Part shown: one piece after another, positions 36,765 through 50,333 of the stretch
Layout: each line of letters begins with the position of its first letter
Numbering within the stretch: position 1 is the first letter of the stretch
Source of the DNA: Mobula hypostoma
Taxonomy: Eukaryota
Length of the DNA: 64,000 bases
NCBI RefSeq assembly: GCF_963921235.1
Contig: NC_086097.1
Coordinates: forward strand, 151,468,001-151,532,000
Reading direction: 5' to 3'
The notes under the pieces: generated by a model
Told to the model about the DNA's origin: nothing
The model's input: the letters and a program-made list of their open reading frames with translations, nothing else
The model's database searches: none
Program-made: the position numbers and the translations under genes

Positions 36765-39390
36765 TCCTCCCAACATGCTGGAGGAACTCAGCAGGTCGGG
36801 CAGCATCCGTGGAAACGATCATTCAACGTTTCGGGCCGGAACCCTTCATTAGGACTGAAGAGGGAAGGGGCAGAGGCCCTATAAAGAAGGTGGGGGGAGG
36901 GTGGGAAGGAGAAGGCTGGTAGGTTCCAGGTGAAAAACCAGTAAGGGGAAAGATAAAAGGGTGGGGGAGGGGAAGCAGGGAGGTGATAGGCAGGAAACAT
37001 AGAAACATAGAAAATAGGTGCAGGAGTAGGCCATTCGCCCTTCGAGCCTGCACCGCCATTTATTATGATCATGGCTGATCATCCAACTCAGAACCCCGCC
37101 CCAGCCTTCCCTCCATACCCCCTGATCCCCGTAGCCACAAGGGCCATATCTAACTCCCTCTTAAATATAGCCAATGAACTGGCCTCAACTGTTTCCTGTG
37201 GCAGAGAATTCCACAGATTCACCACTCTCTGTGTGAAGAAGTTTTTCCTAATCTCGGTCCTAAAAGGCTTCCCCTTTATCTTCAAACTGTGACCCCTTGT
37301 TCTGAACTTCCCCAACATCAGGAACAATCTTCCTGCATCTAGCCTGTCCAATCCCTTTAGGATTTTATACGTTTCAATCAGATCCCCCCTCAATCTTCTA
37401 AATTCCAACGAGTACAAGCCCAGTTCATCCAGTCTTTCTTCATATGAAAGTCCTGCCATCCCAGGAATCAATCTGGTGAACCTTCTTTGTACTCCCTCTA
37501 TGGCAAGGATGTCTTTCCTCAGATTAGGGGACCAAAACTGCACACAATACTCCAGGTGTGGTCTCACCAAGGCCTTGTACAACTGCAGTAGTACCTCCCT
37601 GCTCCTATACTCAAATCCTCTCGCTATAAATGCCAGCATACCATTCACCTTTTTCACCGCCTGCTGTACCTGCATGCCCACTTTCAATGACTGGTGTATA
37701 ATGACACCCAGGTCTCGTTGCACCTCCCCTTTTCCTAATCGGCCACCATTCAGATAATAATCTGTTTTCCTATTTTTGCCACCAAAGTGGATAACTTCAC
37801 ATTTATCCACATTAAATTGCATCTGCCATGAATTTGCCCACTCACCCAACCTATCCAAGTCACTCTGCATCCTCTTAGCATCCTCCTCACAGCTAACACT
37901 GCCACCCAGCTTCGTGTCATCCGCAAACTTGGAGATGCTGCATTTAATTCCCTCATCCAAGTCATTAATATATATTGTAAACAACTGGAGTCCCAGCACT
38001 GAGCCTTGCAGTACCCCACTAGTCACCGCCTGCCATTCTGAAAAGGTCCCGTTTATTCCCACTCTTTGCTTCCTGTCTGCTAACCAATTCTCCATCCACA
38101 TCAATACCTTACCCCCAATACCGTGTGCTTTAAGTTTGCACACTAATCTCCTGTGTGGGACCTTGTCAAAAGCCTTTTGAAAATCCAAATATACCACATC
38201 CACTGGTTCTCCCCTATCTACTCTACTAGTTACATCCTCAAAAAATTCTATGAGATTCGTCAGACATGATTTTCCTTTCACAAATCCATGCTGACTTTGT
38301 CCGATGATTTCACCGCTTTCCAAATGTGCTGTTATCACATCTTTGATAACTGACTCCAGCAGTTTCCCCACCACTGACGTTAGGCTAACCGGTCTATAAT
38401 TCCCCGGTTTCTCTCTCCCTCCTTTTTTAAAAAGTGGGGTTACATTAGCCACCCTCCAATCCTCAGGAACTAGTCCAGAATCTAACGAGTTTTGAAAAAT
38501 TATCACTAATGCATCCACTATTTCTTGGGCTACTTCCTTGAGCACTCTAGGATGCAGACCATCTGGCCCTGGGGATTTATCTGCCTTCAATCCCTTCAAT
38601 TTATCTAACACCACTTCCCTACTAACGTATATTTCGCTCAGTTCCTCCATCTCACTGGACCCTCTGTCCCCTACTATTTCTGGAAGATTATTTATATCCT
38701 CCTTAGTGAAGACAGAACCAAAGTAATTATTCAATTGGTCTGCCATGTCCTTGCTCCCCATAATCAATTCACCTGTTTCTGTCTGTAGGGGACCTACATT
38801 TGTCTTTACCAGTCTTTTCCTTTTTTCATATCTATAAAAGCTTTTACAGTCAGTTTTTATGTTCCCTGCCAGTTTTCTCTCATAATCTTTTTTCCCCTTC
38901 CTAATTAAGCCCTTTGTCCTCCTCTGCTGAACTCTGAATTTCTCCCAGTCCTCAGGTGAGCCACTTTCTCTGGCTAATTTGTATGCTGCTTCTTTGGAAT
39001 TGATACTATCCCTAATTTCTCTTGTCAGCCACGGGTACACTACCTTCCTTGATTTATTCTTTTGCCAAACTGGGATGAACAATTGTTGTAGTTCATCCAT
39101 GCAACCTTTAAATGCTTGCCATTGCATATCCACTGTCAATCCTTTAAGTGTCATTTGCCAGTCTATCTTAGCTAATAAGGTGAAGAAGGAATAGGGGAAA
39201 ACACAATGGGTAGTAGAAGGAGGTGGAACCATGAGGCAGGTGATAGGCAGCTGGGGGAGGGGACAGAGTGACATAGGGATAGAGGAAGGGAGGGGGAGGG
39301 AATTACCGGAAGTTGGAGAATTCTATGTTCATACCAAGGGGCTGGAGACTACCTAGACAGTATATGAGGTGTTGCTCCTCCAGCCTGAGT
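36765..39390 (-). mobile_element. Penelope-derived element split by a young CR1
   Basis: 36765-36994 and 39177-39390 are contiguous pieces homologous to 2100-2540. Confidence 0.75.
36995..39176 (-). mobile_element. young 5'-truncated CR1 LINE with uninterrupted RT reading frame
   Basis: ORF 37088-39274 (728 aa) with PGNYRPVSLTS, YLDFQKAFDKV, QGSVLG, KFADDTK; (TCTATGTT)n tail; no endonuclease domain. Confidence 0.95.
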
Positions 39391-42300
39391 TGTGTATAAT
39401 TCAGTAGGGTATTTTTACCCTTGCAGTTTCTTAACCCTACCCACAAGAATTCTACATCTACCTAAGTCACCTCTTTCAAAAGATTTCATTTTATTTTTTT
39501 AAACCAACAGAGCCACCCCACTCCACTCCCTCTGCCTACCTGCCTGTCCTTTTAATTCTTTGATGTTAAGCTCCAAACTGTGATCTTCTTTCAGCCATGA
39601 CTCAGTGATGCCCACGTCTTACCTGCCAATGTCTATCTGCCCCACAAAATCATCTACTTAATCTGTAAACTGCATACATTCAAATACAATACCTTCTGTC
39701 CTGCATTCGTCACCCTTTTCGATCTTGCCCCTATGTTACACCAACACATACAACTGACAGCAATTTTACCCTATCTGCACGTCCTTCCTCAGTTTCACTA
39801 CACACTACATCAACTTGTATACCAACAGTAACTGGAATGAACCCATCATTCCTCTCAATCTATCAGAATCTACCACAATCATCTGGTTTCTCCTTACCTT
39901 CTCAAAAATCATGATATGAATCTTGTACCAGTCCTCCTCATCCTATAGTGTTTCCCCTTATCATAACATATAAATCTGTATTAATAGAGTTGCTTTCCCA
40001 AGTTGATCTCATGCTGAAATTACCTTATGGTTGTCAATTATGCAATTAGTGAATAAGAAACTCATGTAAAGAACCTTATAGTTATACTCCCAAGTTTCTG
40101 GGGCACAGAAAAGCAGCTCTGTATAAAATTTGCATCCAAAGTTATTTTTGGGCTTTATACGAAGGCAGCAGTACAGATAAATTTCGTATACAATATCTAA
40201 AGTATCATGAGACCTAGAGGGTGCCCGGTTGCAGCTCAGCCCATCCCAGCTTCTAAAAACCTAATAAATTATTAAGAGAATGTATATTTACAAATTTCAG
40301 CTTTATGGAACAGTTAGTAGAAAAGTAAATAAAGGGGCTCCTTTTGACTGGGTTAACTGAAATGTGCACGTAAAGTTGAAACTCATCTTGGAGTTGTCTT
40401 TTTACTCAAGCGCTGGACCCACACTCTGCGTGAAAGCACACACCATATTATGAACTTCAATCCAAATATATTTTGAACAAATGGTGCTCTCTCAGGAGCA
40501 TTGGCCATTCCTCCTTGGAGTCGTTCATCTGTACAAAGCACTTCTTGCATCAGGGACACTCCTTCCCACAGACTTCTCAGCTATGTTACCTCCTTTCCTC
40601 TCTGCAGCTCCCATCAAAGAAAACTCACAAACCACACAGTCACAAATCTCTTTCTGCCCAGCTGTCTCTAGAACCTTCTCTCAAATCTACTATCCTGATT
40701 GACTGACACAGTTCTAAAGTTGAATATCATAGCCCCTTATCTTTAGCCAAAACCAAACATCCTACCAGCAGGACATGCTTTTGCAGAAGCTGCTAAAACG
40801 AAATATCTACAGCATAACAGTAGAAATCTTATCTAGGGCATTACAGTTTTCGCCCCACTAAAAATAATCATGTCCTCATGACTTTGGAACTTATTAAACT
40901 ATTATTAGTAACATTCAAATGAATATCGTGATTTTAGGACCCCAAATCCATTTGTACCTGGAAGTAGCATATCTGACCATGGAAATGGACATAACGGTCT
41001 GCTTTACAGGTGCATCCTCTGCCAGCCTAGCTAGGGATTTCTTGATTCTCTGAGACCTTCTTATCTCACCTTAGGCTTCTCCGGCTTCAACCACCCCTGT
41101 GGCCCTTCCTGTCTACCAGAGGATGCCTCCCCCTGTCTATCACTCATACTTTCTGGCAGCTCAGGTCTCCATGCTCCATGACTGAACTTGGCTTCCTCCA
41201 GTTTAAAAAGGGGCAGCTGGACATCTTCAACCTTTACTGGAGCTAACCAGCAAGATCTCTCTCAGAAAGGGGTGTCCTCGGTCACTCTAATAGTGTGGAA
41301 ATACTTTTGGAGCAACCAACATCAGACTCGTCAGTAGAAAATCACCATCACGTTTCAAATTCTTCTCAGTTAATCTCCTTTTCCATTCCTCTGGTATAAG
41401 TCACCCAAGTTGTATGACTTCAATGTCGACTTCCTCGATTCAGACTTGTTGCTCTTCCGTTTTCTACGGAAAACGAGACACTACTGTCACAAGAAGAAGA
41501 GGAGCAATTGGCACCCCACATCTGAAGGTGACATCTCTTCCTGAGTTCCTGCTAATCACTGTCATCCTGTATGCATAGACAGCCAAAGATTTCTGCATTT
41601 CAGGTCTCACCAGTACTCTTGCAGGTAAGTGTAGCCCTTCTTCCTGATCATCAAGAGAATCCACCTGGCTGGCCAGGGTGTTGGGCAATTCCAGCAAATT
41701 TGGGGATTCCCATCACTCTAGTTACTCCTCCCAGACATAACATGACAGATTTGGAATGGGTGTACCATACAGTTCCTCATTTCTACTTATCATCCTGCTT
41801 AGGGGAAACTTGCGCTTTCTCAAAGCAGCTCTGAACACCAGATGAATGGGCAAGGTTTTCATAAAGTTCCTTCTGTTTCTCTCCTTGGATGTTCCCACGA
41901 GCCTTCTCACAAGTATTCATTCCCACTAGATTGGAAGCTGCACTCTTCAACCGGATCTGGGCAGACCAACATTGATGTGTCAATAGTCTCAATTACTCCA
42001 ACATCTGCTTCCAAAAACTCCAGTTTCAACAACAAGTAGCTATCATAGCTCATCGGTACTAAGGCCCCAAATCTCAAGGGCACTGAGTGGCATCAATGGT
42101 AAATGCGTTAAATACTGGTTGTAAAAGGATCTGTACCGTAAATCAATTAGCATCAATTAGCGCTCTAGCATAAATACCTTCAATCCATATGGATACATCA
42201 GAGGTTGGTGCCACTAAACCTCTGGAATAGTGTTCTGCACTTTAGCATTTCCCTTAATACACTGATTTGAATGTATTCTCTCAGAGACGCCAGCCCGTCC

Positions 42301-43578
42301 TTTGCTGGGTCCCTCCGCACTTGTGCCTCTTTTCTTCTCTGTTTGATTAACTGCTGACTTACTCTTCGAAGATTTTCCTGCCCCTCGCAGTCTCACATGT
42401 CCATTTTCCGCATAGTTTTAACAGAAAATACCAGTCACCTCTCTGGTCAAGAGACCCTTTTCAGCAGCAGTCTTCTGCCGTGTTTCCCAATGGACGTATC
42501 ATGTTTAGCTGAACATCAGCAGACATCCATTGAATCAGCTCAGCTCAAAGGTTTTCTACCTCATTCCTCAAAAGCTTTATCTCCGTAACATCAGGGGCCA
42601 CTTAAGCAACAGAGGCTACCACTGAAGATACCACTTGGCTTTCAGAAATGTCCTATTTCTCAATCACGTTTTCCTCCTCTAACTGTTCTGAATAACTTGG
42701 TAAAAGATGGAGGAGGGCATATGTTGCAGGTCATTTGAATACATAGAGTAATCGTGTCATGTGACAGTGCGCCCTTCACAACTTACTGCATCCTCAAGCA
42801 ATTTCTCTCAGGTGGTTGAATGCCTCCTTTGTGGCAGAAACAATGCAGTAGTTTCTCCAACCTAAAAATGTAGACAGACAGCTTCTCTTCTTCCTCCTGG
42901 AATGTGTGCCCAAACTTCCGTCATCAAATCAGCTGCACTTTCAACAGTGCCAAAGCACCTTCTAGAGCTCACTGGTAATTAGCTTACATAGCTAATAGAT
43001 TTTCTGCCTTTAGGAACCTTAGTATATCAGCCACCAAACCCTTTAAGCTCTCTACTAGTCTCTGTTTTTCCATATTATCTGAGTACTGCCATTCATCCAG
43101 TAACCACGATGTCTGATCAGTCAAGCATCATATTCTTCTTCCCCATCGAGTGTGGACTTGACCCCAGAGAACACACCCAACCTACAATAACTTTGGCTCT
43201 CTGCAGATGCACTTCTACATTTACTAACCAGTGATGTAAACGCCAAAACCAGTTCAAAATTTAAATCAACTGCTGATGGACCCATTTAGACTTTTCACAT
43301 CAGACAACACTTTTCCCTCACTTCGCAGAAATGAGAACAATTTGTCTTTTAAAGTTTTCACCCTCGTCTACATGCCCCCTTCTCTAAAAATATGGGCTGC
43401 CCATGGCCCCCCCTCGCCAGCCTATCAGGCAATGCGACTTCAGTCCCATCACTGCTAGTCTGGACTAACACAACATCCTTATCAACCAATTGGTCAAAAC
43501 CTGTTCTGTCAGCGTAACTTTCCCCAAATCTTTTGCAGAAGGCACTCTGAATAAAAGTTCATCGGGAATTCAGACATC

Positions 43579-44423
43579 CAGTCGGAGTACTGTGAGCAGT
43601 CTTGGGCCTTGTATTTAAGAAAAAGTCTGCTGGCATTGGAGACTGACCAGAGTAGGTTCACAAGAATGATTATTGGAATGAAAGGGTTAACGTATGAGGC
43701 CATTGGATGTCTCTAGGCCTATACTTGCTCGAGTTTGGAAGAATGAGGAAGAATCTCTTTCTTTTCAAATCTTTTTATTGTTATATTATACAGGAAAAAT
43801 AACATGAGTACATTGAAGTAACAACACTTACAATGTCTCAAAAAAGACATTATCTTAAAGGTCGAAAAAAATTTTTGTGATAACAAAAAAAACCTACTAA
43901 GCAGAAAAGTGAGAGAAAAAGAAAAGAACCCATTAGGTGTACAACCCCAGAGTCATGCGTCATACAAAAAGCTTCTAAAAATAAACATCAAACCGCCAGC
44001 AAGAAAATATACTAAAAAATTTATAATTAGATCGCGGAAGAATTAAATTCAATGAGGAAGGATCTCATTGAAACCTATCAAATATTGAAAAGTCTAGACG
44101 AAGTGGATATATAGAGGATGCTACCTGTAGTGGGGGAGTCTAGGACCAATAGCACAGCCTCAGAATAGAGGGACATCGCCTTAGAACAGAGATCAGAAGG
44201 AATTTCTTCAACTAGAGGGTTGTGAATCTGGAATTCATTGCCACTCATGGATGTGAAGGCAAAGTCATTGCGTACATTCAAAGCGGAGCGTGATGGATCT
44301 TAGAAAGGATGTTAAAGGTTACAGGGAGAAGGAAGGAGAATGAGGTTGAAGGGAATAATAAATCCGCCATGGTAAAATGGAGCAGACTTGATTGGTTTAA
44401 TGGCCTAATTCTGCTCCTATTTC
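43579..44423 (+). mobile_element. CR1 3' fragment
   Basis: EYCEQSWALYLRK, RFTRMI; CR1 3' UTR. Confidence 0.85.
43758..44050 (-). mobile_element. short retroposed insertion (L1/Tx1-like 3' end) with 16-bp TSD
   Basis: TSD AATGAGGAAGAATCTC (43742-57) / AATGAGGAAGGATCTC (44051-66); AATAAA and A-rich end on the minus strand. Confidence 0.7.
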
Positions 44424-44550
44424 CAGATAGCAGAAAAGTCTAGATCAAATCCAAATCTTTGGAACAATGCAGCATCACTAACTTGCAATATCATTCTAGC
44501 CTAAGACATGCTCATCAGTAACCTCCTAAATCATCACAAGGCCTTTGTGA

Positions 44551-45732
44551 TTTTCAGAAGGCCTTTGACAAGGTGCCACACATGAGGCTACTTAACAAGA
44601 TAAGAGCCCATAGAATTACGGGAAAGTTACATATGTGGATAGAGCGTTGGCTGATTGGCAGGAAACAGAGTGTGGGAATAAATGTATCCTATTCTGGTTG
44701 GCTGCCGGTTACCAGTGGTGTTCCACAGGGGTCTGTGTTGGGGCTGCTTCTTTTTACATTGTACATCAATGATTTGGATTATGGAATAGATGGCTTTGTG
44801 GCTAAGTTTGCTGACGATACGAAGATAGGTGGAGGGGCCGGTAGTGCTGAGGAAACGGAGAGTCTACAGAGAGACTTGGATAGATTGGAAGAATGAGCAG
44901 AGAAGTGGCAAATGAAGTACAGTGTTGGAAAGTGTATGGTTATGCACTTTGGCAGAAATAATAAACGGGCAGACTATTATTTAAATGAAGAAAGAATTCA
45001 AAGTTCTGAGATGCAATGGGACTTGGGAGTCCTCGTACAGGATACCCTTAAGGTTAACCTCCAGGTTGAGTCAGAAGTGAAGAAGGCGAATGCAATGTTG
45101 GCATTCATTTCTAGAGGAATAGAGTATAGGAGCAGGGATGTGATGTTGAGGCTCTACAAGGCGCTGGTGAGACCTCACTTGGAGTACTGTGGTCAGTTTT
45201 GGTCTTCTTATTTAAGAAAGGATGTGCTGACGTTGGAGAGGGTACAGAGAAGATTCACTAGAGTGATTTCGGGAAAGAGAGGGTTAACGTATGAGGGACG
45301 TTTGTCCGCTCTTGGACTGTATTCCTTGGAGTTTAGAAGAATGAGGGGAGACTTCATAGAAACATTTCGAATGTTGAAAGGCATGGACAGAGTGGATGTG
45401 GCAAAGTTGTTTCCCATGATGGGGGAGTCTAGTATGAGAGGGCATGACTTAAGGATTGAAGGGCACCCATTCAGAACAGAAATGCGAAGAAATTTTTTAG
45501 TCAGAGGGTGGTGAATCTATGGAATTTGTTGCCACGGGCAGCAGTGGAGGCCAAGTCATTGGGTGGATTTAAGGCAGAGATTGATAGGTATCTGAGTAGC
45601 CAGGGCATCAAAGGTTATGGTGAGAAGGCGGGGGAGTGGGAGTAAATGGGAGAATGGATCAGCTCATGATAAAATGGCGGAGCAGACACGATGGGCTGAA
45701 TGGCCGACTTCTGCTCCTTTGTCTTATGGTCT
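44551..45732 (+). mobile_element. 5'-truncated CR1, RT region with one in-frame stop
   Basis: GVPQGSVLG, KFADDTK, LVRPHLEYC; tail gtcttatggtct. Confidence 0.95.
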
Positions 45733-47207
45733 AAAATGTTTTAAAAAATTGAATGAATTTTAAAATGAACGAAACCTGATCATAAATGAACAATCTGCTT
45801 CTATGAGCAAATTGGCATCTCACAGCTTGTTTTGGCCTTTCCTGAATGTTGACCCAGCAGTTTTACATTGAGCATTATTCTTATTTCAGCTGTATATCAT
45901 ATATCCCGAGTGATACTGCTGCACAATGCCCCATTGCCTTTATGATTTACCAAAGTTGCTACCCCAACCCGCATTTGTCCAAGGCTTTACGGTTTTCAGA
46001 GAGAACTTGCACTTCCCCACTTAATGCAAAATAAAAATGTTCTTGCTGGTTTGCCATAGTCCTCCTAATTGGAGCCTTCTGAGAATCACTAGAATCCCCA
46101 AATGATGAGGCATAAGCCCTATTAACCACAATTTTAAAAAGCTCTTCGAAAGCAATTTTTGTCGCTGAAGGCAAGCTAGTTTAGAACGTGGCTCGGCTGC
46201 CTACCGAAGCCAAATGTTTAACCACTCACTACTGCAGACTGGGAAGTAAGATGAATGCTATAGTATATCAGATGCTCATATTAAATTAAGGAGTTGGGAA
46301 TGACAGAAAATTGGCAAGGTGTACAGCTATTTTTCGTTCTAATATTCCTGACCCAGGTCCCTGTCCTTCTTTGACAGTCAAGTACCTGGTCTGGGACATC
46401 ATTTATCACCCAACAAACTCAAGAGCCCAGGATTTTACAGTCAGCAACTCATTCTGATTTTCTAGTTAATAAAATTTTACCTTAAATGATCATGGAGTTC
46501 CAGGGCTACACTAAATCCTGCCAATGACCTGCCCCTTAATTTTAAATTGCAGTGTTGGAAGTGTACTCTGATACAATCTGAGGTCATTTATGTTGGGAAT
46601 TAAGGTTCATTATATCATTACCGTGCGTAGAAAATTTCCAATAATCTGACACATGGGATTTTGGTGGTATTAGCAAACCTATTTAAATGTTATTCCTATT
46701 AATATCCCAATTTTTTTAAATTTGCTGTTTTTAAGATGTTAGCACAATATAGAATAAAGTTGTAATAAGATAAAATAAACTTCTGTAGAAGTACAGGAAA
46801 ATGTAGACGATGAATAGACAAATGAGCACAGTTGACGGGCAAGTTGATGGGAAGGTGGCAGGCTCAGCTGCATTTACTTTAATGGAAGTCAGATGAGCAT
46901 ACAGCATGGATCAACACTTGGAATAATGGTATTATTTCAATTATATATTCCAGAGTATGGAAGATTTGGAACTGACAAAAGGGAATGCAAGAGAGGATAG
47001 GGGATTGACCACTTTATTGATATGGATAATGCAAACATAGTACTTTGAGGAGATTTTCTGGAGGGACCATCCAATGAGATGATACAGATGGAACTTAGTA
47101 AGAGATGGGCAGTCAATTTGATGGGAATGTACTGCAGCCCTCCCAATAATCAATGGGAATTAGATGACCAAATGTCTAAGCAAAACACAGCAAGGTGCAA
47201 GAGCATA

Positions 47208-50200
47208 TACTACGGCCACTTTAGGTACACCTGTTCATTAATGCAATTATCTAATCAGCCAACTATGTGGCAGCAACTGAATGTAGACATGGTCAAGAAA
47301 TTCAGTTATTGTTCAGACCAAAAATCTGAATTGGGAAGAAATGTAATCTAAGTGACTTTGACTGTAGAATCAGAAACATGAGAAAACCTGCAGGTACTGG
47401 AGATCCAAAGCAACACAAACAAAATGCTGGAGGAACTCAGCAAGCCAGGCAGCATCTATGGAAAAGAAAAAAACTTGTGACATTTTGGGCTGAGACTCTT
47501 CAATTGTTGGTGCCAGACATGGTGGTTTGGGTATCTCAGAAGCTACTGATCTCGGGATTTTCATGCACAATTGTGCCTAGAGCTTACAGAGGTAGGTGAG
47601 AAAAACAAAAAAAAAATTCAGTTTTGTGGGCAAAAATGCCTTGTTAATGAGATAAATCAGAGAAGGACATCCAAACTAGTTCAAGCTGACAGGAAGACAG
47701 CAGTAACTCAAGCCATGTGTTATAACTGTGGTGTGCAGAAGACCAGCTGTGAATGCACAACAATTAGAACCTTAAAGTGCTTGGGCTATAGCAGCAGATG
47801 ACCACACAGGGTAAAAACTCAATTATGGGAATCATAAATAGGCCTCCAAATAGTAGCCAAGATGTGGGGTTGAGATTGAAAAGGGCATGTAATAAGGGTA
47901 ATGACATAATTGTATGGGGGACTTCAATATGCAAAGGGATTGAGAAAATCAGGTTGGTGTCAGATTGCAAGAGAGCGAACTCTGGGAGAGGCTGTCTTAG
48001 ATTATGTGTTATGTGATAACCTAGCTCTTATTAGGAAGCTTGACGTAAAGGAATCCTTAGGAGGCAATGATCATAATATGATTGAATTTGAGAAGCATAG
48101 CTCACATGTATCAGTATTGCAATAGACTAAAGGGACTTAGAGGCAAGAGAGAGGAGCTTGCCTAGGTGGATTGGAGGAGGATACAGGCAGGGTGATGATA
48201 GAGCAGAGATGACTGAAGTTTTTGGGAATAGTTCACAAGGTGCAGGATAGAGGTCTCACAGAAGAAGTAGTTTTCAAATGGCAGGCTAGGCAACTGCGGC
48301 TGACAAGGGAAGTTAAAGACTGCATAAAAGCCAAGGAAAGGGCATATAAGGTAGCAAAAGTGAGTGGGAAGTTGGATTATTGGGAAGTCTTTAAAATCCA
48401 ACAAAAGGCAACTAAAAAATGCTATAAGAAGGGAAAAGATGAAATGAAGGCAGAGTAGCCAATAATATAAAGCAGGATATTAAAAGTTTTTCCAGTTATA
48501 TAAAGAGTAAAAGGGAGATGAGAGTTGATATTGGACCACTGGAAAATGATGCTGGTAAGGTAGTAATGGGAGGGGACAAAGAAATGGCAGATGAGCTTAA
48601 TGGGTACTTTGCATCAGTCTTCACTGTAGAAGACACTGGCAGTGTGCCAGAGGTCTGTGAGTGTCAGGGAGCAGGAGTGAGTGCCATTGCTATGACAAAG
48701 GGAAAAAGTGCTAGGCAAACTGAAAGATCTTATTGTGGATAAGTCACTTGGGCCAGATGGATGACTTCCCAGAGTCCTGAGAGAGGTTGCAGAAGAGAAA
48801 ACGGATGCATTGGTCATGATCTTTCAATAATCACTTGATTCTGACATGGTCCCTCAGGACTGGAAAATTGCAAATGTCACTCTACTCTTTAAGAAAGGAG
48901 GAAGGTAAAAGAAAGGCGATTATAGCCTAGTTAGCCCAACCTCAGTGGCTGGGAAAGTGTTGGAGTCTATTGTTAAGGATGAGGTTTTGAGGTACTTTGA
49001 AACTAGTGATAAAATAAGTCAAAGTCAGCATGGTTTCTGTAAAGGGAAATCTTGCCTGACACATCTGTTAGAGTTCTTTGGGGAAGTAACAAGCAGAGTG
49101 GACAAAGGAGAAGCAGTGGGTTCATTTGCTTGAATTTTCAGAAGGCATTTGATAAGGTGCCACACATGAAGCTGCTTAACAAGATATATCCTATGGCATC
49201 ACAGACAAGATACCAGCATGGATAATGGAATGGCTGACAAGCAGCGAGTGAGAATTAAGGCCTTTTCTGTTTGCCTGCCGTTGACTAATAGCGTTCCTCA
49301 GGGGTCAGTATTAGGACCTCTGCTTTTCACTTTGTCAGTGATTTAGTTAATGGAGTTCATGGCCTTGTGGCAAAGTTTCCGGATGATACAAAGATAGATG
49401 GAGGGGGAGGTGGTGCTGGGGAAGCAATGCGATTACAGCAGGATTGAGACAAATTGGAAGAATGGGCAAAAAAGTGGCAGATGGAATATAGTGTTGGGAA
49501 ATGGATGATAATGCATTTTGATAAAAAGAACAATAGTGCAGACCATTATCTAAGTGAATGAAGGTTCAAACATCAGAGGTGCAGAGGGACTTGGGAGTAG
49601 TCGTGCAAGACTCCCAGTAATTTAATTTACAGGTTGAGTCTGTGGTAAAGAAGGCAATTGCAAAATTTGCATTTATTTCAAGGGGAATAGAATATAAAAG
49701 CAAGAAGGTAATGTTGCGCCTTTATAAGACTCTAGTCATGCTGCACTTGGGAGTTTTGGGCCCTTTATCTCAGAAAAGATATGTTGTCCTTGGAGAGAGT
49801 TCAGAGGAGGTTCACGAGGATGATTCCAGAAATGAAGGGGTTAACATATGAGGAGTATTTGGCAGCTTTAGGCCTGTACTCACTGGAATTGAGAAGAATA
49901 CAGGGGATCTCATTGAAACCTACTGTATTGAAACCTACAGGACTAGATGGAATGGGAGTGGAGGGGATGCTTCCGAGGGTAAGGGTACCCAGAACTAGAG
50001 GGCACAGCCTCAAAATTGAGGGGCGACCCTTCAGAACAAAGGTAAGGAGGAATCTATTTTAGCCAGAGTAGTAAATCTGTGGAATGCTCTGCCACAGACT
50101 GCAGTGGAGGCCAAGTCCGTGCTTGTATTTAAGGTGGAAGTTGATCATTCCTGATCGGTCCGGGCAACAGAGGATAAGGCGAGAAGGCAGGTGTATGGGG

Positions 50201-50333
50201 TTGAGTGGGATCCGAGTTCAGCCATGAAGGAATGGCAGAGCAGGCTCGATGGGCTGAATAGCCTAATTCTGTTCTTGTATCTTTTTGTCTTATGGGGTTC
50301 CACTCCTGCACCTGATAAAGTGACCACTGAGAG
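47208..50333 (+). mobile_element. Tc1 MITE copy 3, split by a CR1 and a Penelope-derived repeat
   Basis: Body at 47208-47805 is homologous to 14059-14592; right TIR ACCTGATAAAGTGACCACTGAGAG|TA at ~50310-50333. Confidence 0.85.
47806..50295 (+). mobile_element. degraded CR1 ORF2
   Basis: RPPNSSQD, SQHGFCKGKSCLT, KFPDDTK; tail gtcttatgg. Confidence 0.9.

Larger units (their letters stand above)
40200..46535 (-). mobile_element. second defective Gypsy element (gag-pro only), interrupted by LINEs at 43575-45732
   Basis: 3' LTR starts TGTAATGCCC at 40845 (minus) after a PPT-like tract. Gag RLGVFSGVKSTLDGEEEY..LLDEWQYSDNMEKQRLVESLKG at ~43040-43190; protease-like VSIWIEGIYARALID at ~42150-42200. 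5' LTR not identified. Confidence 0.8.

Noticed and set aside
46180..46300. 5' LTR of the minus-strand Gypsy element starting at TGT ~46214
   Set aside because: No visible similarity to the 3' LTR at ~40200-40845.
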